A DNA stretch of 62,599 bases from an uncultured virus (IMG/VR IMGVR_UViG_3300003937_000141) (lineage: Duplodnaviria; Heunggongvirae; Uroviricota; Caudoviricetes). The notes beneath the pieces are model-generated. The model was given only the letters and a program-made list of their open reading frames with translations. It made no database searches and had not been told where the DNA came from. Within the stretch, counting starts at the first letter, position 1; every line of letters starts with the position of its first letter. The stretch lies in IMG/VR virus record IMGVR_UViG_3300003937_000141. One strand, given 5' to 3'. A program made the translations under genes and the position numbers. Positions 1-9,961 of the stretch are shown one piece after another.

Positions 1-630
1 GACTTAAAATATTCCGTAGATTTAGTTATACATCTTGCTGGTTTATCTGGCGTAAGAGATAGTTTAGAAAGATCAACAGAATATTGGATACAAAATGTAA
101 TCGCAGGTCAAAGACTTTTTGATTATTTCAAAGACACAAGAATCCTATACGCAAGTTCATCAACAGCACACGAGCCTTGGAAAAATCCATATGCAATGAG
201 TAAATATAGTTTGGAGCGTATTGCTCCTGCTAATAGTCTTGGTATGAGATTTACAACCATATATGGTCCTAATGCTAGAGAAAGTATGTTAATACCTAGA
301 ATATTAAGAAATGATGTGCCTTATATTAATACAAATCATAGTAGAGATTTTATACACGTGGAAGATGTTTGTTCGGCAATTTATTCTTTAATAACACACA
401 ATGCTATTACAGCTTATCCAAATCATACAGGTGTCATAGATGTAGGTTCTGGTACGACAAACAATCTTATAAAGTTAATTGATTACTTCAAAATTGACTG
501 TGAGCGTGTTATAGGAGATGAGTATGAAAGAATAGATAATCTTGCCGATACTGCTATACTAAATAGTACTGGCTGGTCACCAAAGATTAATTTATATGAC
601 TATATTAAGGAGAATAAAAATGACAACTGA
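1..630 (+). CDS. NAD-dependent nucleotide-sugar epimerase/dehydratase (extended SDR), 5'-truncated by window
   Basis: Frame is open from base 1 (DLKYSVDLVIHLAGLSGV...YASSS...YAMSK). IHLA, YASSS, YxxxK, IYGP and RDFIHVED are extended-SDR motifs. Confidence 0.85.
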   Translation, partial: DLKYSVDLVIHLAGLSGVRDSLERSTEYWIQNVIAGQRLFDYFKDTRILYASSSTAHEPWKNPYAMSKYSLERIAPANSLGMRFTTIYGPNARESMLIPRILRNDVPYINTNHSRDFIHVEDVCSAIYSLITHNAITAYPNHTGVIDVGSGTTNNLIKLIDYFKIDCERVIGDEYERIDNLADTAILNSTGWSPKINLYDYIKENKNDN

Positions 631-1165
631 AATTAGTGAAGCAAGTGCAATAACTGAAGAATATTTAAAAGATAATTTTTTAACAGCGTACTTCATTGAC
701 AATGAAAGACAAAACATAGAGATACAAACTACAACTAGAGATAAGAAACAAGTTATAACAAATATTATACCTTTTGATGAAGAAGATGTAAAATTTAAAG
801 CACTACAAAGTGTTATGAATGTGGATCAATTACACGAGTCTACATACCAAAAAGTTAAAAACGAAAGAAAATTGTTTGAAGAAACAGTTTTAAGAATCGC
901 AAAAAAAGATGGTATTGTTATGGACTCTGCTAAGATTGATACAAAATTTTATCCAAAAGTAATTGACGCTCTTTTTAATGATGAGGAGAATGCAGATCAT
1001 CTCTTTGCATTGAAATTAGCTGTATTTGAATTAGAAAAAATTAAAGATTCACAAGAAGAAGATTTAAAAAAACAAATAAGACAATCTAAATCTAAAACAG
1101 AAATTATAGCAAAAGTTTGTGAGATTTTACTTCCTAAACGAGATATCCCTATTGGGGATATGTAA
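620..1165 (+). CDS. hypothetical protein
   Basis: AAGGAG Shine-Dalgarno (SD) before ATG at 620; helical, charged; family not recognised. Confidence 0.7.
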   Translation: MTTEISEASAITEEYLKDNFLTAYFIDNERQNIEIQTTTRDKKQVITNIIPFDEEDVKFKALQSVMNVDQLHESTYQKVKNERKLFEETVLRIAKKDGIVMDSAKIDTKFYPKVIDALFNDEENADHLFALKLAVFELEKIKDSQEEDLKKQIRQSKSKTEIIAKVCEILLPKRDIPIGDM

Positions 1166-1674
1166 GATCCGACTTTAAAAAATATTTAGAATACCAACCA
1201 GTCCATCCTACTTCCATTATGTGGTGCATTTGACCAAGCGTACACATACTAATTTGAGATGTAGTATCAAAGGTCGCCCTTTGAGATGGTTTATTATAGA
1301 TGTAATCCTTTATTGAAGGACATACTCTACCATAAGTTTTGTATTTTATATTTTTGTAATACCATTCATCACTACCTCTTGTATAAGTGTCTATAAAATG
1401 CTTGTCATTAGCTTTAAATGTATTCCAGATGTGTGATACATCACCTGTCCAAGATACAACAGACGAATTTAAAGGTGTATGATTAGGTTCTCTCCACCAA
1501 GTATCATCTAAAAGTGTAAAATCTTTTCTAATTAAGTTGGGTAATTTATCAAAGATAATAACATCCAAATCAAAGTATAAATTTTCACCATCTCTAAATC
1601 TATCATACATTTGAAATTTATTAAACCAATTACCATATAAGTCATCTTCAAAATCTACAACAAATAATCCGCAT
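1149..1674 (-). pseudogene. glycosyltransferase-like gene with apparent frameshifting internal deletion
   Basis: ATG 1674 gives MRIICCRF* (stop 1648-1650); the body (EDDLYGNWFNKFQMY...YFDLDVII) continues in another frame; the neighbouring paralog begins MLKICTVF. Confidence 0.55.
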
Positions 1675-2395
1675 TTATTTTTCTTCCTACTCCTGTGTAG
1701 TGTATAACTTTAAGTTTTTCGTTTACTTCTTTATCTAATATCATATAATCAGTATTAAACTTTTTCATATACATTTGATTGAGTTGTAGATTTTCTTTAA
1801 AGTCATCTGTATATTTTGCAATCCATTCCTTAGGTGTTGTTGTTAGTTTTGCTTTATGTTCTAATACTTTCAATTTAACGTAATTTTGTTCGCCGTAGTA
1901 TTTTTTATGTACAGTACCGTTATTATAAAAATGTAGTTGCCAGTATTCTGGATTAAGTGCGAAGTCATCCCAAACAAACTTCAAAGAACCTGATTTAAAT
2001 TTATAAAACCCACCATTAATACCTAACTTGTTTTCCCACCATTGACCATATGTAACTAATTCATTTTCTTCAACAGGCCAATTCAATAAATCATCTACAT
2101 TGCTTACAATGACTTGATCTATATCCATAATGATAATATCATCACCTGGATTTTGATGTGCAAATTGTGGACTGAAAAATTTTAGTTTGTGCCAATGTTT
2201 AACTATATTACTATGATGGTTGTAGGGGTAGATAAAGTCAGCCTTCATCCCTGGATGTTCAAAAGGATGTTTTCTATCTGCTAAACATATAAACTGAAAG
2301 GGAACTGTTGAATGTTTTTTTAAACCTTCGTAAAGTTTAGAAACATAAACTGGTGGATAAAAACCTTCAAAGAAGACTGTACATATTTTAAGCAT
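1655..2395 (-). CDS. glycosyltransferase (GT-A, DxD)
   Basis: WHKLKFF, IMDIDQVI, INGGF, GEQNY and IHYTG motifs resemble GT8-like enzymes. Confidence 0.7.
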   Translation of the reverse strand: MLKICTVFFEGFYPPVYVSKLYEGLKKHSTVPFQFICLADRKHPFEHPGMKADFIYPYNHHSNIVKHWHKLKFFSPQFAHQNPGDDIIIMDIDQVIVSNVDDLLNWPVEENELVTYGQWWENKLGINGGFYKFKSGSLKFVWDDFALNPEYWQLHFYNNGTVHKKYYGEQNYVKLKVLEHKAKLTTTPKEWIAKYTDDFKENLQLNQMYMKKFNTDYMILDKEVNEKLKVIHYTGVGRKINADYLL

Positions 2396-3323
2396 TAAGT
2401 CTTCTCCACACAAGGTCAAAATCTTTATTAATCGTGTGGCAAAGGATTGTTTCTTCAGGTATAAAACCTTGATTATATAAAAAGTAGTGCCATTTGCTGT
2501 CTAACCACAGAACAGGTACCTCATTTTCTTTTAACTTAACTGAAAATAATGTTTCATTATCCCAACCAAAGTATTGTCTTATTCTATCAGGAAATATGTT
2601 AGTTACATATTTGTCATTTACTGTTACGATTTGAGGATCTTCTCTACCTTTAGGAATATATAAAATATCTCTTGTTTGGATTTTTAAATGTGACATTAAA
2701 GCCATATTCTCCTCAAACTCACCAAAGTAATCTAATCTTGCAAGATTTAATTTATTAATACCTACAATGCCAGTATTAATAACATCATTTTTAATACTCA
2801 TTTTTTTTTCAAACAACATTGCTTGAGCATTATAATATTTTGATGATGGACTTCTTATTGTTTGAGAGGTGTCAGTAATAGCTTCAATTGTATTAATTCT
2901 ATCATTGTTATTTAATATTGCTATACCTTCATTTAAATTCCAATGTTCAAAAAAGTTTTCATTCTTCATAGGTACAACATCAAAATCCAAATATAATATT
3001 TCATCATATTCTTCAGCCAATAGATACATTAAATGTATCTTATAAAAGTTTATTATATTATACATTGTTAAGAAAGGATACTTTGTTTTCATTTTGGAAT
3101 GATAAATCATAAAATCAGTATCATATTCATACAATTTAAAATCAGCACCTATTTTGTTAGCATACATTTCTTTTACAGCACAAAGGTCGCCATAATGAAG
3201 TTTAAACTGATTTTTTGTTCTTACGTTGACAGGAGTATCACCTTCTTTAAGGAGGTTTTTATCAAAGATATCTATGTCATCTTTTGGTATCTCAATATAT
3301 AAAGTATAAATTATTCTTTTCAT
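2388..3323 (-). CDS. glycosyltransferase (GT-A, DxD)
   Basis: YKIHL...YDEILYLDFDVVP, INTG, DNET and terminal HTINK motifs. Confidence 0.65.
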   Translation of the reverse strand: MKRIIYTLYIEIPKDDIDIFDKNLLKEGDTPVNVRTKNQFKLHYGDLCAVKEMYANKIGADFKLYEYDTDFMIYHSKMKTKYPFLTMYNIINFYKIHLMYLLAEEYDEILYLDFDVVPMKNENFFEHWNLNEGIAILNNNDRINTIEAITDTSQTIRSPSSKYYNAQAMLFEKKMSIKNDVINTGIVGINKLNLARLDYFGEFEENMALMSHLKIQTRDILYIPKGREDPQIVTVNDKYVTNIFPDRIRQYFGWDNETLFSVKLKENEVPVLWLDSKWHYFLYNQGFIPEETILCHTINKDFDLVWRRLNA

Positions 3324-3448
3324 AATATTGCTCCTATTAGTAAACCAATTAATATTCCTTCAACCCAAAATGCCCACCTATGCGAACCTTTGGCTGTATG
3401 TTTTTTTATAAATTCTTTTAACCATATGTCAAATTCTTTATTTTCCAT
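3320..3448 (-). CDS. small single-pass membrane protein (42 aa), not in ORF track
   Basis: MENKEFDIWLKEFIKKHTAKGSHRWAFWVEGILIGLLIGAIL*; fills the gap, AGGA upstream, ATGA coupling to next gene. Confidence 0.65.
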   Translation of the reverse strand: MENKEFDIWLKEFIKKHTAKGSHRWAFWVEGILIGLLIGAIL

Positions 3449-3458
3449 AATATTATTC

Positions 3459-4337
3459 CTATGCTGGCAAAGGATTCTTTTCTAAATCCTCAACTCTTGG
3501 AAGCCTTCCAATTAATGTAAATCTTGTTCCTCTTTCATCATTAATTTCATCTTCTATAAGTATTTCGCAATCTAAAGGTATTTGTGTTTTAAATTCTTTT
3601 ACATTGTTTACACAATTTATATGAGTATCAATATTGAACATATCATTTGATTGGAACGCAAAATGAGCAGTCTTTTTCATTCTTGTCCACCATGGAACTT
3701 TACGTGTAACTGGTACACCAAATTTAGAATCAAAGTATAGGGATTTAGGTCCTGGAGGTCCCCATTCAGACATTGGTCTCATATGTTCACAAGCGGTGTT
3801 AATGAAGATATCAGCATTTGTATATTCTTGTCTAAATTTTTCAAATACATCATCCGCAATAAAATTTACATTTGGGTAATCCATAAACAATCTATTTTTA
3901 GCTACATTTATTACTCTCTCGTCCATATCTATTGCTGTTATTTTTTTAACTCTAGGTGCTAATGCAGGGACTAGAATGCTTCCAAACCAACAACCAAATA
4001 TAACTATTTCTGTTTGCTCGTTAATTAATCCAAATTCGTCAAGGTGATTTATGATATTAAATTTTGCGTTAACTTGTGGTGTACTGAAAGAATCTAAAAG
4101 ACTATATTCTATATCTGGTTCTTTTTTTATAGTTTGTAATACGTTGTCAAGCAATCTATAATCAATGCCGTCATTTGTTGCCTTTAATATATTGTGTAAG
4201 AAACCAAATTGGTCATCCTCTTTTATTGCATATAATATATCATCAAGTGTTCTATAGTTTATATTTTTATTTTGCAAATCTATAATATTTTTAAAAAATT
4301 TCAAATTTTCTCGTTCTATCATTTTCTTATAATCCAA
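3459..4337 (-). CDS. class I SAM-dependent methyltransferase-like protein
   Basis: IVIFGCWFG motif I, ITAIDMD motif II, FIADDV, INTACEHM. Confidence 0.7.
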   Translation of the reverse strand: MDYKKMIERENLKFFKNIIDLQNKNINYRTLDDILYAIKEDDQFGFLHNILKATNDGIDYRLLDNVLQTIKKEPDIEYSLLDSFSTPQVNAKFNIINHLDEFGLINEQTEIVIFGCWFGSILVPALAPRVKKITAIDMDERVINVAKNRLFMDYPNVNFIADDVFEKFRQEYTNADIFINTACEHMRPMSEWGPPGPKSLYFDSKFGVPVTRKVPWWTRMKKTAHFAFQSNDMFNIDTHINCVNNVKEFKTQIPLDCEILIEDEINDERGTRFTLIGRLPRVEDLEKNPLPA

Positions 4338-5833
4338 TCATTTATTATTAATATATCCAAATCAGTTCTTCTAAAGGTTCTTAAAGCGTGTTGTGGTGTT
4401 TCTACAATTGGTTCCTGACAATTGAAACTTGTATTTAACAACATCGGTATGCCTGTTATCTTATAAAACTCATTCACTATATTATAAAACTTTTTGTTAT
4501 CTTTTATATTTATAGTCTGTATTCTAGCCGTATTATCAACGTGAGTAATCCCTGGCACTTTATCAGTTTTAACTTGACATATACGTGACATATAAGGACT
4601 AGGTCCTCCTCTTGTATCAAAATATTCTTGGTAATGTTCTTCTAATACAACAGGTGCAAACGGTCTAAAATCTTCTCTCTTTTTTACTGTATGATTAATA
4701 ATATCTTTAATATCAGGATTGCGTGGGTCTGCTAATATGCTTCTATTACCTAATGCTCTATTACCACTTTCTGATTTACCTTGAAACCAACCTACAATTT
4801 TTCCATCAGCAATTGCTTGTGCCACTTCTTTGTAATCTGCTTTTTCTTCACCTAGGTAATTATATTCTCTACCAGCATATGTGTTTGTTTTGTGTATATT
4901 ATTATTTAAAGTAAAGTCAGCGTGTTGATATGTTCCTATTGCTTGTCCTTCATCACCTACAGCAGGTGGTATGAAAACACTTTTATAATGTTTAGTAAAT
5001 TCTTCGTTCATATATCCATTGTAAGCAACGCCACCTGCAATACATAAGTTATCACAAGTCTTTAATGGGTACACATATTTTTTAATTTTATCAATTGTAA
5101 ATTTTTGAAGTGTGTATGCTAGGTCATCCATGCCGTGTGTTTCAACATCAATTTTTTTAAACTCTTTATATTTTCTTTCTAATACAGGTCCGTCCATTAT
5201 GATTTCAAACGCATTATAATAATAACTACTATACTTACCATATCCAACTTTACCCATAAGTTTACTTGCACCAAGTGTACCAAAACCTGTAAGATTAGAC
5301 ATATGGTTCCATAACCAACCAAGAGGTAGTACATCTGATAAGTCTATTAAATTTTGATCTTTGTCAAAGAATACACATCTAAATTTTGATCCTATACCAT
5401 CAATTGCTAGTATATCTGATTGTTTAAAACCAGAGTTTATAAATGCGTAAGCAGCGTGTGATTGATGATGGTCTATAAAGTAGATATTATCTTTGTAATA
5501 ATAATCCCATAATTTTTTAGGGTCGTAATTAAATATTTCATCATGGCCTTTTAAAACTGTTTTTAGTAATTCATCTTTTGATTTTCTTACACCACCATAA
5601 GTATATGTCCAAGCTAGAATACCATCATCAGGTTTTTTAAAATATCTTTCAGTAAACTCATCATTTAATCTATAGTCGCCAGGATCCAATATGTCTGATT
5701 GATGAGCATATGCCTCGGCTCTATATGGTAAGTTGTGTTTAAATCTTGTTTGTCTTTCTGCTTGATAATGATATGCACCATCATAGGTATTGTGGTCGTG
5801 TAAATTTAATGCTACGGAATATATTTTACTCAT
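4319..5833 (-). CDS. O-carbamoyltransferase (NodU/CmcH/TobZ family)
   Basis: HHQSHA, IDGIG, GGVAYN, PPAVGDEG, ESGNRALGNRSILADP, KREDFRPFAP, HVDNTARIQT, LNTSFN. Confidence 0.93.
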   Translation of the reverse strand: MSKIYSVALNLHDHNTYDGAYHYQAERQTRFKHNLPYRAEAYAHQSDILDPGDYRLNDEFTERYFKKPDDGILAWTYTYGGVRKSKDELLKTVLKGHDEIFNYDPKKLWDYYYKDNIYFIDHHQSHAAYAFINSGFKQSDILAIDGIGSKFRCVFFDKDQNLIDLSDVLPLGWLWNHMSNLTGFGTLGASKLMGKVGYGKYSSYYYNAFEIIMDGPVLERKYKEFKKIDVETHGMDDLAYTLQKFTIDKIKKYVYPLKTCDNLCIAGGVAYNGYMNEEFTKHYKSVFIPPAVGDEGQAIGTYQHADFTLNNNIHKTNTYAGREYNYLGEEKADYKEVAQAIADGKIVGWFQGKSESGNRALGNRSILADPRNPDIKDIINHTVKKREDFRPFAPVVLEEHYQEYFDTRGGPSPYMSRICQVKTDKVPGITHVDNTARIQTINIKDNKKFYNIVNEFYKITGIPMLLNTSFNCQEPIVETPQHALRTFRRTDLDILIINDWIIRK

Positions 5834-6665
5834 TTAATACACTCCCATATTTTGATATAGGAAAATGACCTTTAGGGTTAACATATTCCATACAACTTTT
5901 ACAATAACTCTCATATTTAAATAATCTATAATTCATCATTTTGTCAACGTTCTCCTGTGTAATTTCAAAATTTTTAGATACTATTAAATTATTAGCAAAC
6001 TTTTTGCTACAATGTACTATGTGTCTTTTCTCAAAATCTATAACTGGCACCATAGGGAAAGCTGCACACATTTTTCTATCTATCTCGGCTGATTGTTCAT
6101 CAATAACTTCTTTCATATTATCTTTGTTAGGCGTTCTACCATTAAAGGTTTTAAACATTGTGTTGTTATGACTTATTGCTTTTATATCTTCGGGAAAGTT
6201 ATCTTTGTATTTAAAATAGTTAGGTGTTTTAACAACTAGATTGTAATTGTTAAAATTATTCTCTGGTAACCAAGGAAAATTACCTAACTTCTCAATTCTG
6301 TCTTCATAAAAATCTTCTGTTGAGTGTTCTACATAAAGTATATCTTTATCTTCTAGTATTTCAGGATATCTTTTTCTAACAAAAGAGTTTGATAATACTG
6401 AACAAACAAAATTAGGATACTTTTTAATTTCATTAATAACATCTCTTAAATTTTTAATTAGACCTGGCTCACCACCTAATAGACAAACACGAATTTTATA
6501 TTTCCTTAACTTCTCTAAAGTACTCTTTAGAAAATCCATATCAACAGTTAAGTTTCTCATCTCTAAAGTATAACTTGTACAATAATGGCAAGATTTATTA
6601 CACGACATAGATAGGAAGAAGTCTATGGCTAAATAATCTTGTTGTATTTCTTTTAAATTTTTCAT
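5826..6665 (-). CDS. radical SAM protein with C-terminal Cys-rich (SPASM/twitch-like) region
   Basis: CNKSCHYC, LGGEP, C-terminal C...HC...CKSC. Confidence 0.85.
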   Translation of the reverse strand: MKNLKEIQQDYLAIDFFLSMSCNKSCHYCTSYTLEMRNLTVDMDFLKSTLEKLRKYKIRVCLLGGEPGLIKNLRDVINEIKKYPNFVCSVLSNSFVRKRYPEILEDKDILYVEHSTEDFYEDRIEKLGNFPWLPENNFNNYNLVVKTPNYFKYKDNFPEDIKAISHNNTMFKTFNGRTPNKDNMKEVIDEQSAEIDRKMCAAFPMVPVIDFEKRHIVHCSKKFANNLIVSKNFEITQENVDKMMNYRLFKYESYCKSCMEYVNPKGHFPISKYGSVLNE

Positions 6666-6982
6666 CTATTATCAAATTTGTTAAAGAACAGTTTATTAAA
6701 TGCTATTAACAACTTCTCTTTAGGTCTACTTTTAAAATTGGTTTTTTTGAAAAGATAATCAGACCTTTCGTAACATTTTTCTATAATATATTCATAAATG
6801 TCCTCATTTTCTTTTTCAGTAAGTGACCTGTCTATAACTAATTTATCTCCAAATATAAATTGCATTCTTTTAACAAACTGGATTAATCTGTATGGAATAT
6901 CATCTGTTATATCAACCATATTATTAGTATCATCAACATAACAAAAATTAGTTCCTTTTGGACTTACAATTATCTCATTCAT
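6662..6982 (-). CDS. hypothetical protein
   Basis: 4-bp overlaps with both neighbours inside the operon. Confidence 0.65.
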   Translation of the reverse strand: MNEIIVSPKGTNFCYVDDTNNMVDITDDIPYRLIQFVKRMQFIFGDKLVIDRSLTEKENEDIYEYIIEKCYERSDYLFKKTNFKSRPKEKLLIAFNKLFFNKFDNR

Positions 6983-8073
6983 ATTGTCATTATAATTATA
7001 TCACATATCTTATCAACTTCATCATCTGTTACGTATGGATGAATTGGTAAAGATAAAATAGTTTCGGTTACTTTTTTACAATTTATACAATCGTCTTTTC
7101 TATGTATAATGGATTTATACATTTCATTTTCAGATATAGGTTTGTTGTAATGTACATCTGCTTTCAATCTTTCTTTTAATAAATCTCTTGTTTTTTTGTC
7201 TTTTAATCTTATAACATATTTGTGATAGTTATGATTAAGACCGTTCGTTCTTGGTTGTATAATTACAGGCAATTGTTTTAAATTGTTATCATATCTTATT
7301 GCAACATTTAAACGACTATCTTGCCATTCATCCATCTTCTTTAATCTAAAGTTTATAAACTCAGCATTGAATAATAACATTTTAGAATTATATCCTAACA
7401 CTTCATTGTTTCCGTGTCTTCTTAATTTTCTTACTAAATTTGCTTGTTCTTTATTGTCTGTTAAAAAAGCACCACCGCCTGCAATACCAGCTACAGGTTT
7501 ATTTGCATTGAAACTTATAGCGCTTACGTCTCCAATTGTACCTGCCTTAATACCATTAAAACTAGAACCTAATGATTGACAAGCGTCCTCTATAAATGCA
7601 ATATTCTTTTCTCTACAAAATTCTAATATCTCAAATGTCTCCGACATACTTCCAAACAAGTGTGGATATATAATTGCTTTTACTTTTGGAGACCACATTT
7701 TTTTAATACTCTCTAAAGACATATGGTAAGTATCTGGATCAATATCACAAAATACAGGTGTTGCACCTACCATAGTGATACAAGAAGCAGTTGATATCCA
7801 GGAGAAGTTAGTTGTTAATACTTCATCACCAGGTTTAATTCCTATACCATCTTTAATACCTAAACTAATTAAAGCAAAATGTAATGCGTCTGTTCCACTA
7901 CCTACAGCAACAGCATATTTTCTATCGGTTACTCCATATAATGAATGTAAAATACTCTTTTCTAAAAACTCTATATTTCTTTCTTGTTCTTTTTGCATAA
8001 CTCTATCAAAAAGTTTTAAGTATTCTTCTTTGTTTTCTAAATATTCTCTACCCCAACCTGTGTAGTCTGTCAT
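6979..8073 (-). CDS. DegT/DnrJ/EryC1/StrS PLP-dependent sugar aminotransferase
   Basis: SGTDALH, GDEV, GATPVFCDI, IEDACQSLG, SFNANK (PLP lysine), GYNS, LSLPIHP. Confidence 0.93.
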   Translation of the reverse strand: MTDYTGWGREYLENKEEYLKLFDRVMQKEQERNIEFLEKSILHSLYGVTDRKYAVAVGSGTDALHFALISLGIKDGIGIKPGDEVLTTNFSWISTASCITMVGATPVFCDIDPDTYHMSLESIKKMWSPKVKAIIYPHLFGSMSETFEILEFCREKNIAFIEDACQSLGSSFNGIKAGTIGDVSAISFNANKPVAGIAGGGAFLTDNKEQANLVRKLRRHGNNEVLGYNSKMLLFNAEFINFRLKKMDEWQDSRLNVAIRYDNNLKQLPVIIQPRTNGLNHNYHKYVIRLKDKKTRDLLKERLKADVHYNKPISENEMYKSIIHRKDDCINCKKVTETILSLPIHPYVTDDEVDKICDIIIMTI

Positions 8074-8933
8074 ATATAAACTCCTATTTTGTTCATACCT
8101 TTACTATATCCTAATTTGTCAAATATAAATTGTGCTATTTGTTCTTGCCCTTTTGCGTTTGGATGTAAATCTAATTTAGATATTCTTTCAACACCGATCC
8201 AATCATCTGATAAAGCAAAAGCATTTACTTCTAAATCTTTTTCTGTAGGCCAACCTAGGAAGTTACTATTAATTTTATTGTAATAAGGATTCTCTACCAT
8301 TTGCTTTCTTAACTTTTTTGCGGATTCGTGTTTGTAAGCCATCTCTACTGTTGTTAGTTGATCGTTTGTATTTGGGATTCCCAAATCCCAACCAACGTGC
8401 TCTTGTTCTTTTTGCCAATTTTTGTGCTTAAAATGGTATTGTTTTTGATGGAGATGTCCTGCCCTTTCAATCGCTATCTGTTCCCATATATAACCTCTAT
8501 ATAAATTTAATATTTGGACTTGTCTATATGGCACTTTAAGATTTTCACAAACATTTTGAAAACTATAATAATATCTTATACTTCTATCTACCCAATATTC
8601 AATACAACCTTTAACATCTGTACTATCATTAGTCCAATATCTATTGTTAGTGATTCTGGTTGAGAGTTGGTAGTCACGTCTAGGTGCTGTTGTCCAAGCA
8701 GGAAGAACTAGCCCTATCCTATTTGTATTAAGTGTTTGTATTTTATCTATTAGTGAACTGTAAATATATTCTTGTCCTGCACCAGACTTACATAGATTGA
8801 TACATTCCATATTTACTTTTTCAGCCAATATTTCAGGCCACTTTGGCCAGTCACAATCCATATCAGGATGTGAAGCAGACGTCCAATTAACATCACCCCA
8901 ACTACAACCACTTACTAATAATATATCTTTCAT
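8070..8933 (-). CDS. SGNH/GDSL-like hydrolase or acyltransferase
   Basis: N-terminal SGCSW, NLCKSGAG, C-terminal DLHPNAKGQ (DxHP). Confidence 0.65.
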   Translation of the reverse strand: MKDILLVSGCSWGDVNWTSASHPDMDCDWPKWPEILAEKVNMECINLCKSGAGQEYIYSSLIDKIQTLNTNRIGLVLPAWTTAPRRDYQLSTRITNNRYWTNDSTDVKGCIEYWVDRSIRYYYSFQNVCENLKVPYRQVQILNLYRGYIWEQIAIERAGHLHQKQYHFKHKNWQKEQEHVGWDLGIPNTNDQLTTVEMAYKHESAKKLRKQMVENPYYNKINSNFLGWPTEKDLEVNAFALSDDWIGVERISKLDLHPNAKGQEQIAQFIFDKLGYSKGMNKIGVYI

Positions 8934-8934
8934 A

Positions 8935-9294
8935 CTAAACTTCTTCCTTGATTATAGACTTACCTTCCTCATCAAAGTGATGGTTTATTTTTACTTTATC
9001 TTTGCCTCTATTTAAACAATGATACAAACAGTTATGAGGAATTTTTGAGTGGTCACCCTTCTCACCTTCTCTCATTAGTTTTTCAAAACCTCTCCATTCA
9101 TCTGACAATAATATTTCATCTATAGATTCAACTTCACTTACTTTACTAACTTTTAACATCTTTTGAAATAAAGGTGTACTTAAAGTATATTCTTGGTCAC
9201 AATAACAACAAGGTAATAAATGGCCTCTATTATTCATGGCCACTTGCATTTTACCATTTAAACATTTTGCAACAAACTTACCTTTCTTTGTCAT
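8935..9294 (-). CDS. stand-alone SPASM/twitch-like Fe-S protein
   Basis: C...GHLLPCCYCD...CLYHC directly after a radical SAM core gene. Confidence 0.6.
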   Translation of the reverse strand: MTKKGKFVAKCLNGKMQVAMNNRGHLLPCCYCDQEYTLSTPLFQKMLKVSKVSEVESIDEILLSDEWRGFEKLMREGEKGDHSKIPHNCLYHCLNRGKDKVKINHHFDEEGKSIIKEEV

Positions 9295-9961
9295 CTCTTA
9301 CGTATCCTTGGTATGCTAAATTATATTCTTTCTTTGTAGGTCTCAATGGATCACTTTCATTCTTCCACCTTGATGAGTGTAACACTATAAACATTAGACC
9401 AAAATCTTTTGCCATCTGTTTAGCAATGTCTAAATGATTTTCATTATAACTAAACACTATGTACTGCCACGATGGTGTTTTTTCTAAATGTTTTTTTGCC
9501 TCTAACATAACTCTAAAGAGTTTGTTACCATCTTGGTTTATTCTATACAAATTACTTTCTTCAGGTAGTCCATCAATTCCAAATATCCATTTTGCTTTAG
9601 GGTGTGCTTTAAATGCTTTTACGTACCACCTTTCAGGCTTTTGAGATGAGGCATTATGTATTGCAACATCTATATTTTTTTTATAAAGATAGTCTAATAT
9701 TTCTACAAATTTAGGATGGTGTACAGGATCAGATAATTGACCACAGAAATTAAATGAAGTAAAATGATCTGATAACTTTCTTATTTCGTCCATAGTAGCA
9801 TCTCTTCCGTACACTTTTCTTCCTTTAAGTGTAAAGTTGGTTTGTCTTTGACATCTCATACATTGTAAAGGACATCTATTGCTTATATCAATATTTATTC
9901 CTCTAGTTGGACGCCTAAAAAACGAAATAGGACTTGTATCTGTTATAATTTCTCTATCCAT
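9278..9961 (-). CDS. radical SAM protein (core only)
   Basis: CPLQCMRC, FCGQLSDP, FGIDG, WQYIVFSYNE. Confidence 0.85.
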   Translation of the reverse strand: MDREIITDTSPISFFRRPTRGINIDISNRCPLQCMRCQRQTNFTLKGRKVYGRDATMDEIRKLSDHFTSFNFCGQLSDPVHHPKFVEILDYLYKKNIDVAIHNASSQKPERWYVKAFKAHPKAKWIFGIDGLPEESNLYRINQDGNKLFRVMLEAKKHLEKTPSWQYIVFSYNENHLDIAKQMAKDFGLMFIVLHSSRWKNESDPLRPTKKEYNLAYQGYVRDDKER

